Positions 56,938-64,000 of a stretch of DNA of 64,000 nt are shown here, in pieces. Each line of letters begins with the position of its first letter. Position 1 is the first letter of the stretch. Below the pieces are notes generated by a model. That model saw only the letters and a program-made list of their open reading frames with translations, was not told the DNA's origin and did not search any database. The DNA is from Eledone cirrhosa (lineage: Eukaryota), in the NCBI GenBank assembly GCA_964016885.1, contig OZ024743.1, positions 155,620,001 to 155,684,000 on the forward strand, read 5' to 3'. The position numbers and the translations under genes were made by a program.

Positions 56938-58999
56938 CATGAGGGTTTGTCTGTGTTAATGTGTGGGGGTGAAGTCTACTGGAAAGTATTGCTTAAATCT
57001 ACTGAGAGAAATATAAGTATTAAATATGAAACAAATTTATAATTTCACCTCTCCTCCCCTTCGCGCCAAATATCTTCTCTAAAAATGTACAAATGTCTGG
57101 GTGCTAGCGGGAGTATGTGTGCATGCACCTGTACAGACATATAGATATACCTGTACATATGAACAGTTACATGTTCACTCGTGAACATTTCTAGCGTGAA
57201 ATTGTTTTTATACTTATATCCATCTTTATTCGCACTGCACCTAAATGTTAATCACGCGGTTCATAATTGCAGTATTTAGAATAAACAAACATATAAGTAT
57301 GTATGTGTGTACATATGAATGAATGCATGTATGCATGTATGCATTTATGTATGCAATAATGTATGTAAATATATATGTGTGTATATGTATGCTTGTATAT
57401 ATTTAGTTATACATAAAATATATATATTTGTAAATGTTTACACGTGCAGAAATATATGTATATATCATCACACATAGTTATATATTGAATTTCTTATATG
57501 TAAAAAAACATGTAGATGTTTATGTATAATGATGTTCTTTATGCATAAGTAGATGTGTTCATACACACAGACGCTTACTCACGCGTATAACCTCGCGGAC
57601 ATTCCTATATAGATTTACATTTTTTTAAATGACATTTGTACGTTTATATAAATTTAAACCTACATGGTGTTTGTTACACAAAATGATTTAGATATATGTC
57701 ACATATTTTTCTATTTTTGATGTTTCCCATATACATGTATTGGTTGTTAATGTACATATGTATGATTTTTTTTCTCTTTATCGATATTGTATATTTTACA
57801 TTCAGTTCGTTTGTATTCAGTGTAGCACATTAATAGAGATGGAAGCCAAAAGGTTCCTTTATAGAAATGAGAACAAGCATCTAAAATACAAAGTTGCTGT
57901 GTTTTGCCCTTAAACATGTCGAAGATGGCAAAGTAATTGATTTGAATTCAAGTCACGAAAATAAATTATTTCTCCGAACATGTATATGAGGTATACCCCA
58001 TCGTAACAATAAATTAGTTTAGATTCCAAATAATACACAGCATGGGAATAGATATAGCAACACTCCGTTTGCAGGAGTACAATTTGTATGCATCCAGGTA
58101 TAATTCCTCTCATTTTAATATTGTTTCGTGTTTAAATACAGTAGGCATGTTCATGTGTATGTGAAAATGAATGCGGTTATGTTGGATTATTAGATAAGTT
58201 AAGATATTCGTGGATTGTCTTATGATTTTGTCGAAAGTATGTCAAAAGGTTAATTTTTATGTTTATTTACTAACATAGTTTAGTGTCATTTGTCATGCTA
58301 TTTTATATATGACTGGTATTGCTGTCAGAAACAAAAGCATCCCCAATTTTAATATCTTTATTGGTGTATCTTCTCAATTTAAACTTGATAGAAAAGACAT
58401 ATTATCACATGATTCAGACGTGATTTTTAAGTCTTGCATTTAAGATATCATTACAAATAAACATTTATTGTACGGACTTGGTGGCAGACACAATATCCAA
58501 TAACCATCTGAACTTTATTAATCGCCTAGATGTGTTAAGAAAATTCCCTTCTGTTTGAGTGTTGTAATCACATGGGCGTTATTGAAAATATTCAGGACGT
58601 ATGTTCAAGAAAACTCACATAATAAACTGTAATTTGTTTTGACCACAGTGCATTCTCTGATTATGCTGTAAACTGGTGGCGGATTATGATACTGGCACCA
58701 GGTATCATGGCTTGTAGCGAGAAAACTGAATTTCTGCCGAATGAATAAGCAATCCCTGACCAAATAACTGTAAACTACTAGGTGAGATGGGGCAATGTGT
58801 GAAACTGTTAACTATGAAAAACACTTGAACAACCCTGCAATGAATATATGATGAGATAAAAGAAAGGCGGTCTGGTCTCCACTTGTTGAGAACATTACAC
58901 AATTGGTGAGTAGCCGGAATAAGGCCAATAAAAGATGCTGTATAGTCAGATTCAAGAAAAGACATACTGCTCATCTTTCACGCAGGTTAACCTTGTTAA

Positions 59000-59560
59000 G
59001 GACACCTTTATACCTGTATGAATACTATATTGCAATATGCATCTAATGCCGTACGACTTGGTGGTGGTTTTGTGACCTGTCCTTGACGTGAAATAGTCCT
59101 GTATCACAAGACCCCAAATGTTGCTCAGAAGAGAGCAACTGTTAAGAAATGATAATTGGAAAGTCGCAATCCTTAGAGAAACTAGTAGTTGGTGTCATGC
59201 GTTACCGTTTAGAGTTAGTCGGTGTTTCATTAAATTTCTGTGGATCTATACCGTAGATATATATCGATGCTGGAAAAGCCACTATTCAGATGAGGTGACA
59301 GTATCACTACATATCTGGTAATGAACATACTGAATAGTGGAGGCTTATTAGACTTATGTTCTAGTAGAGGGCACTGTATTATTTACAACGTTTTCCGGCA
59401 CAATTACACTCATGAGTACACATAGTAATAGGTAAATCATAGTATGTGGTCAGGCATCGGACTTTTATTGCCTCTGATGTTCCTTTTTCTAGTGGATGGG
59501 GTTGAACTGTCAATTGATCACCATCTAGTTATCTGATGCTTGAAATTACCTATAGTCAAT
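59000..59560 (+). mobile_element. Ancient RTE-type APE endonuclease relic
   Basis: NSGGLLDLCSSRGHCIIYNVFRHNYTHEYT resembles NG..LL.FC..L.I.NT.F.HK..HKYTW. SIDHHLVI (~59510) resembles the SDH motif. Confidence 0.5.
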
Positions 59561-62237
59561 AACACCACCCAGGCTGACAGGACCAGCTCGAATTACAGGA
59601 AGTCGTTGGAAGCGCTGGCTGATGAAGAGATCAGGCCTAGTTATGCGGATATTATTGCACTAAAACTCCGAAAAGTCCCATAACAAAATGAGGAGATTGT
59701 TCAACGCAGCAGTTTGTGTTTTAGATTCTTAAAGTGCTGCGAGTGAAAGTGGTTCCGTATCGCATGGAGTGGCGGTGGAACACTTAGTTCAATCACGAGG
59801 TTAAATATACCATCCCTAAATATGAGGAGGTGTCCAAAACTTGGATTGAAAATTAATCTTCCTTCTGGAACTCGTGGTGAAAAATGGCTCAAAATGTCTC
59901 AGCATAGAGGGAAAAAGACGTCAAAGGTTAACATTTGGGATGACCTCAGAATTAAGATATACTTAGACTTTAGATCAATATATGCCGTATTCCATCAGAC
60001 CATTTTCATGGTCACATACTATTGTAAGGTTATTTCCTCCGGCCTGACACCAAAACCCATATGAATCGACACTGCTGACATTCTCACAGTTAGGCTTTCA
60101 TAAAAATATGATTTAGGACAAATATACTCACAACATTTTCCAGGTATTCTAAATCCCCCACTACCCTCCACCCTGCATCTCTTTTGAGCGTATCAAAGGC
60201 TTATGCTTAACCATGAAATATCTGAATGTGGTCAGTATCCTACAGAGTTAATTTCCGTTCACAGTAAAATTGCGTACGGCAGTCCAATAAATACCCGACA
60301 ATCCCATTGTTTTTTTATAAATGAAACAAAATCCGATGTAAGGCAAACACCACAGGGTGTTAGTAAATCTTAAAATGAAAAAAAAAAAACGAATGGTCTC
60401 ATTTCAAGCTAAGGAGAGTGAAAATGTGAACAAAATGAATTTTTGTAGTTTAGAATCAAATTTCTTATACTGTATCTTCCGTATGCCGTAGGTTAAACAT
60501 AAAACAAATAATTATTTACATATGATATTAGAAATTATGTAACAATCTAATAAAATATGATACATAATACAAATAAAATGTAGGCTCTAATTAGATTGTA
60601 TAACTTTATATTTGTAAAACAATGTATGGATTAAAGTGAATTTAAATGTTAGTGAAATACAGGAAAGGATAGGCATTTATTTTAAAATAAAAAAAAAATC
60701 ATTATTGAAGCTTAAACATATATACACTTACAGTGTAATAATATGCACACCTATTAGTAGATTATAACTTCATAGAGACTTTAAATATATAATCATAGTA
60801 TAATAAATATTGTAGCAATAATATTTGTTTGACATAAAAGTAGGCATCAACTTTTAGAGTTGTTTGTTCGTATTATTACTTATTATAAAGTGAATAGAGA
60901 GAGATAACAGAAAAAAAAGAAGTAAGATGTAAACGAAATTACTTAAGTTAAGTGAATGCTCTTTTCTTAAACATATGAGAATCTATGTAAATATTAATGT
61001 TAGACGCTACATTGTGTGGTTTAATTGACGAGAGTTTTTAATATTGACGTGAGATAAAAGGAAAAAATGAAAGGAGAAATGTTACAAATTATAATTGAAT
61101 ATTACATACAATATGCATAAATAATAAATTTCTTAATTTTTAAAAACGGAAAAAGCAAGATATTAGATACGGAAAGGCAAGATATTAGATATTATGAGAT
61201 ATGAATATTGTGGAAGAAATTATATCGTAAATATCAAGGTAGAAATATATATATTATAACGTATAGATTATAAATATATGAGAAATAAAATTAACTTTAT
61301 TAAAATTTACCCGTGTAGTTTTCTGTACTATGCTAGTTCTTTTTAACTTTCTCGCAATTCGATATGAAACGCTGTAATGATTTCCGAAACACTGCGGCTT
61401 TTTTAACGGTTTAATAAAAAATAATTTTCACCATATTTCGTTAGACTGCCCACGGTAATTTTATCATTTCTATGTTCCCCTGAGTTGCAAATATTGAAAA
61501 AGAAAATTGTAATTAATTAGATGAGTCATCGTTCAGATTTTAATATATAATTTATCTCTCTATATATATTTTAGAAATACACACAGGGATGCACAAGTAC
61601 ATACATACATACAGTATAATAGTTGCCCCCTCGTTATCAAGTATGGCCATTGCACGATATACCATTATTAATAATTATTAATTAATTCTATCATGCAATG
61701 CCTCTGCGTGAATTTGTTTTTTAAAGTGAGGAAAGACTGCGCACAGAGCCAATCCCACTCTCTGATAGACAGAAGCTATAACCTGAAAAGAAGAAAATAT
61801 CAACATCATCGGTAACTACTGAGCCACAGGTTTTATGTCGGAGTTATCCCAGTTTCCAGAGTTGCATACTCCTAGAATAATGCGCTGACAAAGGATAGGG
61901 GCCCTTCGTTCTACTGGTTTAACCGACTATTTCTATGTTCCCGTGTATATACATACACATGCACACATGCATATATGTATACATACATATGTACATGTAT
62001 ATATACATATTTACACATTTTTCGATGGCCGCTGAATCTTATGAATTTTTTCGCCCTGTATCAGGTCTTTTTTTTTGCCTGCAGGGTGTACACAATTACC
62101 CTCCTCACCAAGTAAACTTGGTGTTGTTGCCGGTTTAGTCGCCAACAACGCAACCATGCGACAGGTTGTACTGGTTACATGTTACCAGTCGAATTCAAGC
62201 GTGATCTGACACATATACATACATATATACGATATCT

Positions 62238-62436
62238 TATAAGAACTGTTACAGATACCTGGGTATAGATGAGAACATATTCTATAATGGTAATTGTAAT
62301 AAGAAACGCATAACCAGGGAATATCACACCTGATTAATAAAGATATGGTCATCGAAACTGTCTGCGCATAATAAAACAGTGGCTCACAATGCGTTTGCTG
62401 CAACTGTCCTAACATTAACGTTTGGAATACTAGATT
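62238..62436 (+). mobile_element. R4/Dong RT-thumb fragment (separate copy)
   Basis: YRYLGIDENI..KKRITREY..IWSSKLSAHNK..AHNAFA..VLT.TFGILD is homologous to 63280-63470 but lies upstream of RT domain 1. Confidence 0.6.
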
Positions 62437-64000
62437 TAACGATACACGAATCTGTGCAATCTCATGAACTATTAGCCCAAATTTACAATGAAATAGTTAA
62501 GGGGCAGAAAAGATACCATCATGGCTAGATAACGGCATTACATTCCTGCTTCCGAAGAATGATGAGACAAACAATCCCAAAAATTACAGACCGATAACAT
62601 GCTTGACCAAAATGTATAAAATGTTAATATCAGTCCTAACTGAATATACATATGACCACCTGATAATAAATGATATATTTCCCAATGAGCAGAAAGGGTG
62701 TAAACGAGGCTCATATGGCTATAAGGATCAGTTTTTGGTTAACAAAATGATACTGGAAGATTGTCATAATAGACACAAAAATCTATCAATTGCGTGGATA
62801 GATTATAAAAAAGCATTCGATAGTTTGCCAAACAGTTGAATTGAAAAATGTTTAGAGATTTTCAAAATATTTCCCGTTTGCAGGAGGTTCCTGTCATTCA
62901 GTATGAAGACATGGAAAACGACACTCCTTTTGAATAGCGAAAGAAATCACTGGAAGCTGGAGAAGTTAATATTAATTGTGGAATTTTTCAGAGTGACTCT
63001 TTATCACCGCTTTTATTCTGCATCGCACTTATACCATTAAGTAAAATGCTCAATGAAACAAAACATGGATATAAAGTTCATGACAAAACCATTACTCACT
63101 TGTTCTACATGGATAACCTGAAACTATTTGCAAATGTGGAGCAATGCAGTGATGACATTAAAATGGAGTTTGGACTAGATAAATCCGCCAAAGCAACGTT
63201 CACCAGAGGAAAGCTGCTGAAAAGTTCAGACATTAATATTGATCGGGGGAATGTGATAAGAGAACTTGATCAAGTGGAAACTTACAAATATCTAGGTGTT
63301 TGTGAAGGAGACGGAATCAAGCACTCGACAATGAGGTAAAGGATAAGGAAATAATATTACCGCAGAGTAAGAGCAATCTTAAGAACGGAATTGAATGCAA
63401 GGAATGGGATCGATGTCATAAACACGCTTGCCATACCAGTAGTAACTTACAGTTACAATGTGATCAACTGGTCAAGGACAGGGATCCGTAGGCTCGATAC
63501 AAAAATTAGAAAAGGCTTAACCATGCACAAAATGCATCACCCTAAGGCAGACACATATATAATATATCTCCCTAGGAAAGAAGGAGGACGTGGGTTAATC
63601 CAGTTATATATTGCGGTGAAAACTGCAACAATTGGATTATCTACATATCTAAGGGAATCACATGATTGGATGATCAAACTCGTTTTGAAACACGAAAGCA
63701 TCAAAAGATCATATTCCATTACAAAAGATGCACAAAGATACAGTAATGGACTACAAATTTCAGAAGTCCCATTTACTGCTGAAATGGAAAACACAGAAAA
63801 AGCAAAGCAGGTAAAAGTAACTGCAAAGAAAGAACTGCTACAGAAACTGGCTAAGAAATGGCAAGAAAAACCTCTGTATGGGAAATACCCAGAAAGAGCT
63901 AACAATCCTGATGTTGACAAAACTTTAAGCAATCAGTGGTTGGCATCCTCTGGACTGAAATCGGAGACTGAAGGACTGATTATATCATCACAAGATCAGT
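62437..64000 (+). mobile_element. R4/Dong-clade non-LTR retrotransposon RT, disrupted, running off the window
   Basis: GITFLLPK..PKNYRPITCL, EQKGC..KDQ..N, AWIDYKKAFDS, GIFQSDSLSPLLFC, HLFYMDNLKLFA, DIKMEFGLDK, YKYLG, YLPRKEGGRGL, LKSETEG..QDQ. Confidence 0.9.

Overview
AT-rich, microsatellite-dense animal DNA that is almost entirely decayed transposable elements. I found no intact host gene and nothing prokaryotic. The tRNA-like SINE (..GAGTTCAAATCCCGCCGAGGTTGACTTTGCCTTTCATCCTTACGGGGTCGATAAAATAAAGTACCAGT..) and the element mix resemble octopod cephalopod genomes (inference). The window holds several Penelope-like elements (PLEs; RT plus GIY-YIG, both YRDD-type and YLDD/Neptune-type), four same-strand Helitrons, a Chapaev3-type CMC transposon with a TTA TSD, and remnants of mariner, RTE, Tx1, R4/Dong and probably CR1/L2. 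The most striking structure is about ten fold-back (inverted) modules sitting in (TA)n tracts, many carrying minimal hammerhead-ribozyme (HHR) cores. These include a ~110-bp back-to-back double HHR at 22.1 kb, a 432-bp HHR unit with direct-repeat ends (retrozyme-like) at 5.5 kb, and a PLE with 1.5-1.9 kb inverted arms at 36.6-41.9 kb. A speculative claudin-like exon series at 18.5-22.9 kb has stops where Trp would be expected. Coordinates were read by eye, and boundaries of degraded elements are approximate.
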